From NCBI RefSeq assembly GCF_964204865.1, contig NC_135253.1:20708001-20772000 (forward strand): a DNA stretch of 64,000 bases. The letters run 5' to 3'. Under the pieces are notes generated by a model. That model ran no database searches, had not been told where the DNA came from, and saw nothing but the letters and a program-made list of their open reading frames with translations. The translations under genes were made by a program, and so were the position numbers. The DNA is from Styela clava (lineage: Eukaryota). This document shows, piece by piece, positions 13,401 through 23,929 of the stretch (its first letter is position 1; each line of letters opens with the position of its first letter).

Positions 13401-16400
13401 CATTTCAAATCGGATAGTCTACATTAATATACATATATTGTTTGGTTTCATATATCAAAGTTGCTACACTTTTAAAATCATCATGTTTTAGGTTATATAT
13501 ATATTTATAGGTATTACAATCGTTTTTACACCATTACAAGTATCGCACAGGGGTTTCTCAAACTTCCAGAATGTTTCACTAGGGATTCGCTTCGCCAAAA
13601 AGATTGAAAACCACTGAAAAATACCATAATGTATCATAAGGCCAACATATACTCACATTCATTCAGATAAACTCCTTTTTCTCCTCCAGCGCTGAAGTCA
13701 CAAAAGCATTCGTCAATCCCGAGATCACAATCCGACTCGCCATCGCAAACATACCGGTCAGGTAGAATGCAATTATTCGTTTCGTGTGTGCTTGTTACTG
13801 GACACTGGAAGCCGATCTTCGTTGTCCTAAAATTTTGTAATCAGTCAGTAGGCAGTCAATAGTTTATTTTTACACATGCCGAAAATACGCATTGCACATA
13901 CAGAAAAGAAAATATAAAAAAAAAATGCATTCTAGTTTGAAGGGAGATAAACCAGTGTATCGAGACGCGTCACCACTGCTGAACTGGAAGCAATGGCCTG
14001 GCGGTTGATGCGATAGATCAAACTATGTTGGAATCGCAGTTAATATTTATTTGTAATGTTGGATTTATAGAACTGTTTTTCTGCATCACTACCATAAATG
14101 AAATAATTGGAGGCCCATTAGAACATGCCAGGCAGCCCACGATTGGGCCGCAATCCACAGTTTGCCTATCACTGTACTAGACCACCACGTACACAAGACG
14201 AGAGTTAACCTGTTATATTTTCTTTCATCGGTACCATCAGCGCAATCCGTTCTCCCATCGCAAAATGTCACCTTTATCGCACAATCTCCGTTATCGCAGT
14301 GAAATGTGTGAGGGCAGCCACATTCATCTAGACCTAACAAATATAAAATTATTTGTAGTTACATCTATAATTTACCTGAGAAGTTTAATATTCCGATCTT
14401 TCCGTATCAATACTTGCTAATAAATTTACTTCTGTTTAATAAAAGAATGAAATTGATGCATTTCTATTTGTAAATGAAAATAACACTCTGCAATGACGTC
14501 TCAAAATGTCGTTTCAAAAATGTCCTATATATCCCACTCAGCTGTCACTTTTGCAGGGGACAGGTGAGGCGAGTAAAACACGTGGGACAAGTAGATATAT
14601 TGAGACAAGTGTGGCCGTAAGGACAGTTGGGGAATTGAGACGAGTGGGTAAAGTGACACATTTCAGAAAAGTGTGGCAATTGGGACAAGTGACATATAAG
14701 CACGGTGTCTCACAAATTCATGTCTCATGTGTCCGGCTTATCTCTCCCGCTTCTCGTCACGATGCCTCATGCGGTTTAAATAGAAGGTTTACGCTGTCTG
14801 GTCGCTCTTAAGTATCGAATCAGAAATTCAAATTTTGTTGTATATCCTCACCTCCGACGCAATCCATCTCATGGTCGCATAAATATCTATCCGGTAGATG
14901 GCAGTGTTTATCGATTCTTTCTTGTCGTAGATATTGGCATTTCATTCCCAACTCGCTAGACTTTGATTCGTTGAAAAAATGTTCGTCGCTGTTGTCCCTG
15001 AAAAACGTTAAATCATTGGTTTACAATCTCTTTTCTTATATTTATCCCTCTGCCTATTTTCGAAATCTCTACCCCCCCGGATTATGCAAAATAAAATTCG
15101 TTTCCGTTATATATGCAATTTTAAATGGATACTTTAGTGTCCCGCAAAAGTCGGGCTCTTGCTTGCTCGATTCGTCTAAACCAGAGGTAGGCAAGGTTTT
15201 ACGACCAGGGGCCAAACATTTTGCCCACCTAGAGTAGACTGGCGGGCCATGTAAGTGTGACGTAAAAATTTACATTTCATAACCAATATTTACAGTGTTA
15301 CATAAGCAAAAGTGGAAAACAATAAGCCTCGTGCCACAACTAAATTTAATCACAATCTCAACAATTTTCTTGAGCTATGTTTCAGCTAAAACATCACAAT
15401 TTGTTTTTAATTTGGTTGAGGCAGCATCAGACGGGCCAGATTGAATTACCCGACTAGCCGGATTTGGCCCGCGGGCCGTAGTTTGCTCATGTCAGGTCCA
15501 AACAGATTCGACTAATTTACTGTTCGATTCGAAATGCCTAGACCCAACCACAATAGTGGGTGATTTACCGCTTCCAATACTAATACTTCCAATACCCAGG
15601 GCTGGGATTTTTGAATGCCTGATGATTTCAGAGTCGAATTAAATATTTTTTCCCAATCGAATGAAATCTCGAATACTTAGAACATATGTAATTATATGTG
15701 ACTTTTTTATATTTTAATCGATCATTCATACACATAAATTACTATAAATTAAAGCACCCATCACTCAGACCGTTCAATGAGTATCCACACACAATAAGAA
15801 ATTTATTTCATCAATAAATCACTAGGAAGAAAATAATTTTATGTCAAAATTGCATATTGAAAACATGGCCTAAAAATAAAGGATTCACTTTGACTATTGG
15901 CGGATAAAAAAACAAGATGGCGGCGTTCTAAAATTTTTGTCTGAAACGGTTCGAATATTTTACCACTAGATTCGAAATGCTCGGTTCCACCATTATTCGT
16001 TATTTCACTAAAATTTACTCACGGGCATAATGAGGTTCCATTGCAGAATGTATTTCTTTTGACGCAAGTTTTCTCGTCATTACATTGATAAAGAAGTTCA
16101 GTCGTTGTGTTGCAAGGAAAGACTAGAAACGAAAAAAAAAATTAAAAGTTCATAATGTTTACACGTTTTCGCTCGGAACAATGCTCTGGACAAGAATCTG
16201 GAGTTAGATTACAGTGGTTCTCAAACCTCTTTTTTAGAATTCTTCAAGTCCCGCGCCACCTCTTAAATAACTAGCTAACAATAAGCTACAAATAACAGAT
16301 AGTAGGGCGAGAGTATGTTTGATTCAAAAACACGTGAAATTAAGTCAATGGAATCGAAATCTTCAAACAATAAAGAAATCTAAATATCCAAGTATGGCGG

Positions 16401-17659
16401 GCAAATTAAAATCAAACAAATATTTTTATTTTTAATTAGCTTTGCCCCACGTCACCTCAAAAAAAAAAATGTCTACAACCCCGTTGTGGGGCGCTCCATC
16501 GTTTAAAGAACCACTGAGTTAGAATTCTCGTAGAAAGACCGAAATCCTTTTTTTGTGTCAGGATTGAAATATTTGACTGGGCTGTCCTAAACGAAACTTT
16601 TAAATTTTAAATAAAAAAGTGTTGCACGTTCAAAAATTTTGAAGACTATTATTTGTTCTGTTAGCAACTCCACTGCATTAGTGAATCTTTTTCGTGTGTC
16701 GGGGATTGGATTTTTTAATCGCGAGCCAACAGAATTTTTAAAATTTTAGCAAATAAATAAAAATTTTGAAGACTGATATTTGGCATCTCCACATATATAG
16801 CAGAGGTAATAACTTGGGAACGTAAATCAATGCAACTATTTGTTTATGTAGTTGCAGTCCTGCGATGATTATTGTAGCCTGTTCAAAATTAGACGACAAT
16901 AATTGCTGTGCTGTGGTGTGTTGTTACTTTATTTAACTCTACTCGTCGACCCGCTTGCTGTTAGCGTCAGTAGTTGTTGCGCATTTGTTTTTCCTATTTA
17001 GTAACATTTACTTGTGTTGTATTTCACTTTATATTCGTTTTAAGTGTGCATTAGATTTAAGTTGGATTAAGCCTTATATCGAGGTACTCAGTTTCCAATT
17101 CATAACAGCAAGCACTTATGTGATCTACGACGACAACACAGTTAGGTACATAGCTTTAACCGCTATATCATTGTGTATTGTATACAAATTACTTTAAGGT
17201 TATTTATTTGCATCTGGATAATGCTAATTTATCATATAAATGCAAATACGCCAATATGTCTGACAGTGAAATAGGTGTCATTTTTTTCAATTTTCAGGCC
17301 TAAACCAATAATAATTCAACTATCAGTTGGAGGTTACGTGAGACACGCTGTCCTTACTCTGTTCCTTTGCGCGAGTGGATCCGTATGAGTGTATGGGTGA
17401 TACAGCAGAAGTAAAGATGATTAACTTGTTCTATGAAATTCGAGTCTTGTCACACATTAACACAAATGTAAAATTGTAACGTTTTATCCGAGGTCATAGG
17501 CGAAACGTTACAGAAATACACTTTGATACTTATTCATTTGACGCTAAGCGATGACGACAAAATTAATAAACTCATGCATGACTTACTCTGGCTTGTCACG
17601 TGATGTAAACAAAGTACAAAAGCTGCAAGAAGAAGTAATCCACGATGTGATCCTCGCAT
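1358..17659 (-). CDS. Multi-exon gene, partial (3' end outside window): LDLa-repeat rhodopsin-class GPCR, GRL101/RXFP/LGR-related 7TM, ~11 LDLa modules, no LRRs
   Basis: 20 exons with GT-AG boundaries and matching phases give a stop-free ~776 aa frame: signal peptide MRGSHRGLLLLAAFVLCLHHVTSQ; ~11 CDGxxDCxDxSDE-type modules; hinge CNPSPFSSDKSLI; TM1 ILIVFLWIIGLVAVIGNLLVI; TM2 NLSLSDILVGIYL; ECL1 WRSSSTC; TM3 ETSVFILMIMTAYRL; TM4 AWFFSFLLALLP. Confidence 0.92.
1998..2283. mobile_element. hAT-type MITE (CAGGGGTGTGCAAC family)
   Basis: TIR CAGGGGTGTGCAAC / GTTGCACACCCCTG. Related copies at 28666-28931 and 57684-58003; ends only at ~29290 and ~51721. Confidence 0.8.
2371..2496 (-). CDS. LDLa-GPCR exon 19 (ICL2-TM4)
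   Basis: KPFKTQNTIFLQVAIVVAWFFSFLLALLPFADSMSDYFVSCV; phase 2-2. Confidence 0.92.
2976..3144 (-). mobile_element. Merlin-like MITE type A, internally deleted
   Basis: Both TIRs present; TSD gctcaatg/acccaatg (6/8). Confidence 0.75.
3196..3374 (-). CDS. LDLa-GPCR exon 18 (TM2 end-ECL1-TM3)
   Basis: IYLVSLGIQDAKIGEYCLFDQEWRSSSTCSALGTIALIGTETSVFILMIMTAYRLYLVV; phase 0-2. Confidence 0.93.
3480..3678 (-). mobile_element. Merlin-like MITE type A
   Basis: Both TIRs; TSD cttcaaat/ctttaaac (6/8). Confidence 0.8.
4665..4807 (-). CDS. LDLa-GPCR exon 17 (TM1-ICL1-TM2)
   Basis: GLVAVIGNLLVIIHQLKNLIRPDGNQSTVAKINRTLVLNLSLSDILVG, with class A GN and NLxxxD motifs. Confidence 0.93.
5265..5391 (-). CDS. LDLa-GPCR exon 16 (last LDLa, hinge, start of TM1)
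   Basis: VCDGTQDCDEGSDECQNCNPSPFSSDKSLISSRILIVFLWII; phase 0-1. LDLa and TM1 are in one exon. Confidence 0.93.
5658..5938. mobile_element. Tc1/mariner-type MITE, diverged copy in GPCR intron
   Basis: CAGCGTGGTCGCTAGTAAAGCAGAAAATTT ... AAATTTTCTGTTTTCTCGCGACCACCCTG. Confidence 0.7.
6092..6187 (-). CDS. LDLa-GPCR exon 15
   Basis: ECDDQSDELNCSDVSHFYCKDKGSTLFVRRSE; phase 0-0. Confidence 0.9.
6617..6692 (-). CDS. LDLa-GPCR exon 14
   Basis: RFYCANKGATRRPIHIPMSGQCNGIQ; phase 2-0. Confidence 0.88.
7181..7291 (-). CDS. LDLa-GPCR exon 13
   Basis: RCPVSGSLIVGREICDGKPSCNDTTPEVSEDELFCPN; phase 2-2. Confidence 0.9.
8200..8347 (-). CDS. LDLa-GPCR exon 12
   Basis: ELPPDYPFYTTRCDGVPMCGELDDECYAKECESNRPGYCKFVSGFGEAF; phase 1-2. 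Confidence 0.9.
8935..8991 (-). CDS. LDLa-GPCR exon 11 (57-nt symmetric exon)
   Basis: TAG acceptor, GTAAGT donor; DWDNVTQTSHQWVGIPPGR; phase 1-1. Not required to keep the frame. Confidence 0.65.
9696..9794 (-). CDS. LDLa-GPCR exon 10
   Basis: GIPNCADASDEMHCKELTNYFCRYYRINFPFIS; phase 1-1. Confidence 0.88.
10488..10594 (-). CDS. LDLa-GPCR exon 9
   Basis: IDCTNGIDEMYCADNDQLFECYDKKTKIKKSLFCN; phase 2-1. Confidence 0.9.
11069..11186 (-). CDS. LDLa-GPCR exon 8
   Basis: GTDCDCKGEITCSQQSTATTSIPSNSDKVCLSSEAICDS; CAG/GTAAGT; phase 1-2. Confidence 0.9.
11243..11352. mobile_element. Merlin-like MITE type C (~110-bp palindrome)
   Basis: TSD taaatttg/aaaatttg (7/8). Confidence 0.8.
11475..11692 (+). 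mobile_element. Merlin-like MITE type A
   Basis: Full-length match to the other copies. Confidence 0.8.
11950..12114 (-). CDS. LDLa-GPCR exon 7
   Basis: SYSNEKCFRCLDRSLIIPITQVCDGIVHCQDLSDECLCTDKKNYTMLDICGSVCD; phase 1-1. Confidence 0.9.
12573..12626 (-). CDS. LDLa-GPCR exon 6 (54-nt symmetric linker exon)
   Basis: CAG acceptor and GTGAGT donor; phase 1-1; SVILPTWRKPYQAFDFRV. Not required to keep the frame. Confidence 0.6.
12845..13225 (+). mobile_element. Second HINE-like family, (CAA)n then ATCCA(C/T)TTCGTGTCCAA
   Basis: Related pieces at 10794-10957, 22085-22238, 39760-39822 and 47067-47240 (minus). Confidence 0.5.
13657..13826 (-). CDS. LDLa-GPCR exon 5
   Basis: TTKIGFQCPVTSTHETNNCILPDRYVCDGESDCDLGIDECFCDFSAGGEKGVYLNE; phase 2-1. 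Confidence 0.9.
14210..14333 (-). CDS. LDLa-GPCR exon 4
   Basis: GLDECGCPHTFHCDNGDCAIKVTFCDGRTDCADGTDERKYN; phase 1-2. Confidence 0.9.
14555..14715. repeat. Short GGGACAAGTG-type minisatellite
   Basis: G(G/A)GACA(A/G)GT motif repeated about seven times. Confidence 0.55.
14852..14997 (-). CDS. LDLa-GPCR exon 3
   Basis: DNSDEHFFNESKSSELGMKCQYLRQERIDKHCHLPDRYLCDHEMDCVG; CAG/GTGAGG; phase 2-1. Confidence 0.9.
15182..15495. mobile_element. hAT (Charlie/Buster-like) MITE, GGCCCGCGGGCC family
   Basis: TSD gtctaaac/gtccaaac; homologues at 1-185 (truncated by window), 23638-23929 and 25660-25950. Confidence 0.8.
16023..16122 (-). CDS. LDLa-GPCR exon 2 (LDLa1)
   Basis: TAG acceptor, IFPCNTTTELLYQCNDEKTCVKRNTFCNGTSLCP, GTGAGT donor; phase 1-2. 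Confidence 0.9.
16212..16516. mobile_element. hAT MITE (CAGTGGTTCTCAAAC family)
   Basis: TIRs present; inverted homologue at 29903-30191. Confidence 0.75.
17587..17659 (-). CDS. LDLa-GPCR exon 1 (ATG, signal peptide)
   Basis: MRGSHRGLLLLAAFVLCLHHVTSQ, then GTAAGT donor; phase 1 fits exon 2. Confidence 0.85.
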
Positions 17660-17895
17660 TGTGAATTGGTATAATTATTACCTTCTATGTAGTAGATTAT
17701 TATTACTTCATTAAGATCTAAAAAGTGCCAAATGCAGCACAATGTGATATAATAGTAAAATTTAAATGGTAATTTAATTCAATATTCTGGTATTTTAACT
17801 ATTATATCGACAAAACTTCATACATCAAGTCGATTCATATTCGTATAATTTCAATCTTATGTTTTTATATTATTGTACCTAATCATGTCCTATAC

Positions 17896-18209
17896 CAGGG
17901 CTACTCAACTAGCGGACCGCGGTCCGAATCCGGACCTTTCGATTATTGGATTTGGACCGCACCTAATTATTTATTTGGGATCATTAGCCCACTTTTTGAA
18001 TTTCCTGTCATAAAATGACTTTCATGTTTTGAATATATACGAAAAGAAATATAACACCATAATAAACAATTTTAATTTGCTACTAATCATTAGTCGGTCG
18101 AGGAAGTGCTCATTTAAGGATGCCGAAATATCAGTTCTCGAAAGACCGGACCCAAATAATTTTGAAGTTTTGTTTGCGGACCTTCGATAAAAATAGTTGA
18201 GTAGCCTTG
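17896..18209. mobile_element. hAT MITE
   Basis: TIR CAGGGCTACTCAACT / AGTTGAGTAGCCTTG; perfect TSD TCCTATAC. Confidence 0.88.
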
Positions 18210-18601
18210 TCCTATACTACAAGAAGACTTATATACAAAGAAACGGACGGCCTGGAATGGCAGATAATCGTTCTTATGTTTTAAAGCGCATTGAGAGTTT
18301 CGGCAACATTTCCAGATTTCCCTTCGCCTTGCATGTTGTCGTATGTATATAATGGGCGCGCCAAACTTTTTTCGTGATAATAAAAAACACGTCATAGACT
18401 GCGCTTAATCACGCAATGGTCAGACGAGAACCTTGGCGGGAAAGGGCATACCGACTTTGTTGACTGACCATCACCACAGTCAGTCAAACAAGACTATGCA
18501 CGTATTGTCACACGTTACATAAATAAAAACGCATCTCCCTCTTCTAGGCCTGCTGTGTGTATTGTAATGTTTTATATCATGGCGGAATTCAATATAAATT
18601 A

Positions 18602-18825
18602 CCGTATTGCACGGCTCATAAGGCGCACTGGGATAAAAGACGCACCAACAATATTTTTTTCCAAAATTGGGATCTGTCTGTACATAAAGCGCATCGAAGG
18701 CGCAATCTTGAGTGTAGGCAATAAAGAATGAAGCATTACCTGATCCATACATAAGGCTTATAAGGCGCTCGATCGATTTTTGGGAAAATAGGGTTTAAGC
18801 GCGACTTATGGCCCGTAAAATACAA
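18602..18825. mobile_element. TA-flanked CCGTATT-terminated MITE (pogo/Tc-mar-like)
   Basis: TA|CCGTATTGCACGGCTCATAAGGCGC ... CTTATGGCCCGTAAAATAC; relative at 26242-26457. Confidence 0.6.
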
Positions 18826-21079
18826 TATCTCATCTTATTTCAACAACTCCAGAAACCTCCGAAAGTATGCTTTTGCCCCTGATACACTGAGCACAGAGAT
18901 GCAATGATTCCACTGTCGGCGCTTTATGGGTATAAAAGAACCTATCGTTTTGCAAACGTATGGAAAGCGCGTATTTGGGTTGTATATTGACATATTGTTT
19001 CCGTGCAGGTTCGTACTGTAAACTATAAGTTCAAATAAGTTCACCGCTTGATGGGCTCAGAATTGAAGTGAAATAAAAGATCCCATCGTATCGTTTTGCA
19101 AGCATATCGAAAGCGCTTGTTTGTGTTGTAAATTGACATAATATTTCCGCTCAAATTTCCATTAAAAACTACATATCCAAGTACTACTTGAACAACTTTC
19201 AAAACAATATTGTCAAACGATCTCGCTTATTTATAGAATCATACAATTTGCTTCAACGTAAATACAATAGACTCATCAACATAGACAGGTACAAACAAAG
19301 GGTTTCAGTTCAAAAATGTGATAACGTTGGTTAAACATACAATGTTAACTAACAGTGTGAGTTACCATGCACCGTCATACATTGCAAGGCGTGTGTACGG
19401 AAATCGCTTTTCAATATGAGACCGACTTTCAAGTTTTCAAGAACTCAGAGAGTGAAAATTGAAGTTTATGAACATTGAACGCTTCTACAAATTGCAATAC
19501 ATAATAATTGAAACAAATACGACACGAGCTGTACGTTGCACGCCTTGACAACAATCGACATCTGCTCATGAGTTTCGACTGCTTTCGACTTTCTGTTCAT
19601 GAGTTAAACTCTTCGAGAGACAAGTCGGAATAAACTTGAACGCCTTTCAAACGAGCTAGTATCGCTTAGTTTTTCCGAAGATGCACATTTTTTAAATCTA
19701 CCCAGGAATTGTGCATGGTTTTGCAAACTCTGAGACTTACACTTCGGGCTATCAATCTAGAATTTTTTTTTTTTTGTGACGATTATCAGATTTTCAGGTT
19801 GAGTATTATAAATAATAAAAAGGATGGTCAATATGCATATATCAAAAGAAAGCACAATCTGAGCTATTTAACTGGCTTTCGATGTTAGAGAGCTTTATGA
19901 GACAAGAAAATCGGATTTCTAGGTTCAAGAAAGAGATAAATACACAATTTCAAAAATTAGTTTAGGTATATTAGGTATATTAAGTTTAGGTATATTAAAC
20001 GCAACTAAAAATGGCGATACTCATAATTATCTTAAAATACATCACAGCCTGATCTTTTAAATTCGCATTTAATAGTCTTCGGCAAGGCTTGTAAACCGGC
20101 TTTCTGATTGCAAAGCTCATAGTGTGAGAATTGAATTTGATGAACACGCAACTATAGACACTATAATACCTAAAATACTAAATCAAAAGATAGCATTCGC
20201 TGCACGTTGCAGGCAATGACAACAATCGACTTCTGTGTAGACTTCCTTCCGAGTAAAACTCTCCGAAGGATTGGTTCATCATTTCCTTTGCAACTCCTAC
20301 TCGAAACTACAAGTCCAGATACACTTGATTGCCTTCTAAACGAGCTTAAACTTTTTTCAAACTCAGCAAAAAATTGTGATCGTTTTCCGTTTTCCTACGA
20401 GACGAAAGGCGGGGGCAAAGAGCTCAATACAATACTATACCAACTTAACAGGGATCTGATATTTATATTTACCATGTTGATTCGTAACATGCAGCGGTCC
20501 GCCCGTAGGCTTTGAAACGTGGGGCCTAAAATCGCTTCAAGCTACGAAAAATTTCTATATATGATACAAAAAAACTGCCTTTTTCCTACATTTCAAAAAG
20601 GGGGTCCGACCCTTGACCTCTCCTAACTACGATCCTGTAACTCAATCTTATATATAAGATTGCCGGGCCAGGAGCACGTACGATACAATATCATGCATAT
20701 ATAGTTAGTGCATTAATGGTAACTCCTATTTTTAATGGTAACTCCTGATGTCTAAATTTAAGTTTCTTAGGTTCTGTGCTATGCTTACAATCACACGTAA
20801 GTGTAATACATATGGAAAGACTTCCGGTCTCCTCAAAAAATTGTAGTTTATCACATCTCAAAAAACTTCAGTTTCTAAATATTACTAAAAAATGGCGATA
20901 CCTCTATATTGAAGCACAACCCAGTCTCAGTGCACTTTGCGCGCATTAATAACAGCAACAATTTTCTGCAACAAACGAGTTTCCTCTTTTGAAAACGGTA
21001 TCAAGTCATCCCGGTGTAATAAACCATTGACGCGAGTCACGAAATTTCCATAAGCGTTTCCCATAGAATCTTGAGGTAT

Positions 21080-21990
21080 TGTTTTCAATACGCGTCATAT
21101 GCAATTAGGCGCCGGTATGGGATTTCATGTAAGAACGTTGATTAAACAGCCATAAATGCCATATGAATAGGCTTCATTTATGATCGTATTCAATATGGTC
21201 GCACCAATTTGAGGGTCCATGCAAGGATAAAGCGGAAAATGATAATTATGTACCCTACAAGGTTGCATGGATATCTTTAACTTATCCTCCCGGTTCAAAT
21301 ATTTTACCTAGTCTTTTAACAATGTATGGCAGGAATGCTTTAAGAATTTCGTTTTTCTTTTGATTAATTCACGCTTTATATGAAATTGCGCGCCGATAAG
21401 CGACTCCATGCAAACACGGTGATTAAACAATGAAGTGAGGCCATATGGACACGCCTAATTTATCTTCTAGCGGCTACAGCTTTCCCGATCAGTTGAACAT
21501 CGTATGGCAAGGATGCTTTAAGAATATCGTTTTTGTTTTCACTGATACACGTTATAATCAATTATCCGCCGATTTGGCACTCCATGAAGGGATGATAATC
21601 AAAAGCGATTTACTTTTATTAATTCTATTAACCTTGTGAGACCATATGCAAACGCTTAATTTACCAACTTTGAGCCGTATCTACATAAATGAGCGTCCAT
21701 GACAAAGTTCAAGAATGCGCCATCTTGATCATTGATTGACAATTTTTAACGACTGTTGTTGGATTGAGATACTCGTACATTAGTATTTAAATAAAAATAA
21801 CGGTACTCCTGAAGTATGCGCACCAAGATGACGCACAACGTGAACTCTGACCTGGTACACAACCTGAGTTCAGGTTGGTTTAGGACTTAGGTTTTTGTAT
21901 TCACTGATACAATCACGCACCGATATGGGACTCCATGCAAGGATGATATTTACACAGCCATGTGAGGCAATATGAATAAACCTAATTTAC
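21080..21990. repeat. Old degenerate tandem repeat
   Basis: CTCCATGCAAGGATGAT / GCCATATG.A.ACGCCTAATTTA motifs recur four to five times. Confidence 0.55.
21802..21876. mobile_element. Merlin-like MITE type C, partial
   Basis: GGTACTCCTGAAGTATGCGCACCAAGATG end. Confidence 0.65.
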
Positions 21991-22309
21991 CTTACGGGCC
22001 CTTTGACCTTACTAACTCTTTTGGCAATGCATGTCAAGGATATTCTAGGAGGTTAAAACAATTCAACGAAATTCGAATTTAAAAAAATAGCCTTCTAGCG
22101 ACAACAACAATCTGTAACCACTGAAAATTTTGAAGCAATTGGTCTAGTATTTAATGAGCAACAACCGGAGGAAAAATACGAAGAATATTAACAACAACAA
22201 AAAAAGAAAATATATCAATAGATCCATTTCGTGTCCAAAAAGCACACTCTAATGGAAAATCGAAATCACTTTTTTTCTTCACGAAATTATCATTTTGCAA
22301 GAAATCTCA

Positions 22310-22430
22310 TTTGTATATATTCACTTGGCTAACACAGACAGTCCTCGAACTCGTAATAGAACTAAAATAAGGTAAATCGGAATAAAATTATGGTCTAACC
22401 CTAACCTGGTACACACACTATGGGAGTACC
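22310..22430 (-). mobile_element. Merlin-like MITE type A, partial
   Basis: Left half, including CTAACCCTAACCTGGTACACACACTATGGGAGTACC. Confidence 0.75.
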
Positions 22431-23637
22431 CTAAATATATTATCAAAATTATTCAGACATGTCGCATTGAATTTTGCATTGATACGATGTTAAATCACGG
22501 TAAACACTTCGCCACTCAACCGTTAACCTATCATAATTATAATGATTTATAGGGATCATAACATTTTAGGTTACGACATAATTTGTCTGGCGCACAGCAA
22601 AAGGCAGAAGATAATTTTAGCAATTTGCGACCTAACCCTATTGGTTTTTGATTATTTTTGCACGTTTTAGCAATTCTTGGTGGATTTTTGACGGTTTTTA
22701 CACGTTCTGGCAAGTTTTTGGTGGTTCTAGTCACTTACTATTGAGTGAATCGAAAAATATTTAATAGCTTACTTTATTACTGCCTCAACAAAACAACTAG
22801 CCAGCAGCATCAACACGTAAGCTGCGTTATCCCCAGGTATACATACTGGGTAAAGAGATATCGAAGCAAAAATTCAAATAACTATAATCAGTCAAAATCC
22901 ATGAAATACATGTAAATTTATTGTGTAACTTTACATAAATTCTCTCCACTGATAATAACAACTACTTTTTCGTCTTCCATGCTTTGGCTGTTTTAGAAAC
23001 ATTTCAATTGGAACTATGTATACAATTATACTAAGTGCATTGATGTCCAAGTATGAACCCAAATGACACAAGACTTGCAATAAAACTAACTATTTCTTCC
23101 ATCAACTTCATAATTTCAGGATACCTCCAAGTGGACTAATGGAACTGCTCTGTCTGAATCTAACAGTAATCATCACAGCAAGAAGTGCACTGCTGAAAAC
23201 GTCAAAATTAGTACCCACATTTTACTGATAAATAATGTAGTTACAGTTTTCGTTTTATCGGCTAACCCGTCTACATGTTCCACCATCGATCAAAGATGAG
23301 ACGAGACAAAATCTATCATTTATACATGGCCACGTGACCGTTTAGGCTTGGCAAGATGTGTACAAATTAATATGATGACATCAAAATTACAGTTAATTTA
23401 ATTACTTCCAATGAAGTGATTGAAATAGTGAAGGTCATTAATTGCTGTATAATTGAACGATACCTCGGGGTGTTATCGCCAATGCAACGACTATTTAACG
23501 AGGTTTCAATGTATTGATATCAAGAGACATTAACAGATTAACGCACCAGACATAGCGGGATTCCAAAGTACGGTACGTTGATCCATATCTGGACTTGTAG
23601 TATTTTTTGTATGGGGTGTTCTCTCCCTATTAGACTC

Positions 23638-23929
23638 TAGACGGCCCGCGGGCTAAATCCAGGGTTCTGGGCACTTCGATTTGGCCCGCCTGATGCTGCC
23701 AGGGCCAAAGTAAAGCCAAATTTTGATATTTCAGCTAAAAATAGATCATGGAATTTGTTGAGGTTGCGGTTGAATTCAGTTTTAGCACGTAGCTTACTGT
23801 TTTCTGCTTGCATTTGTAATACTGTGAAAATTGTTCAAAAAATATAACTTTTTACGTCACACTTACATGGACGCCAGTCTAGTTAGACAATTTTTTTTAG
23901 CCCGCGGTGCAAAACCTTGCCTAACCCTG
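23638..23929. mobile_element. hAT MITE, GGCCCGCGGGCC family
   Basis: Reverse homologue of 15182-15495. Confidence 0.75.

Noticed and set aside
17358-17430. Possible exon between GPCR exons 1 and 2
   Set aside because: 73 nt, frame-breaking; the alternative frame has no ATG.
20207-20515. 102-aa plus-strand ORF
   Set aside because: Non-ATG start, no recognisable domain, and it runs into a repeat fragment.
23120-23298. Acceptor followed by open frame DTSKWTNGT... (C-type-lectin-like WTNG)
   Set aside because: Lacks the other lectin motifs and any partner exon.
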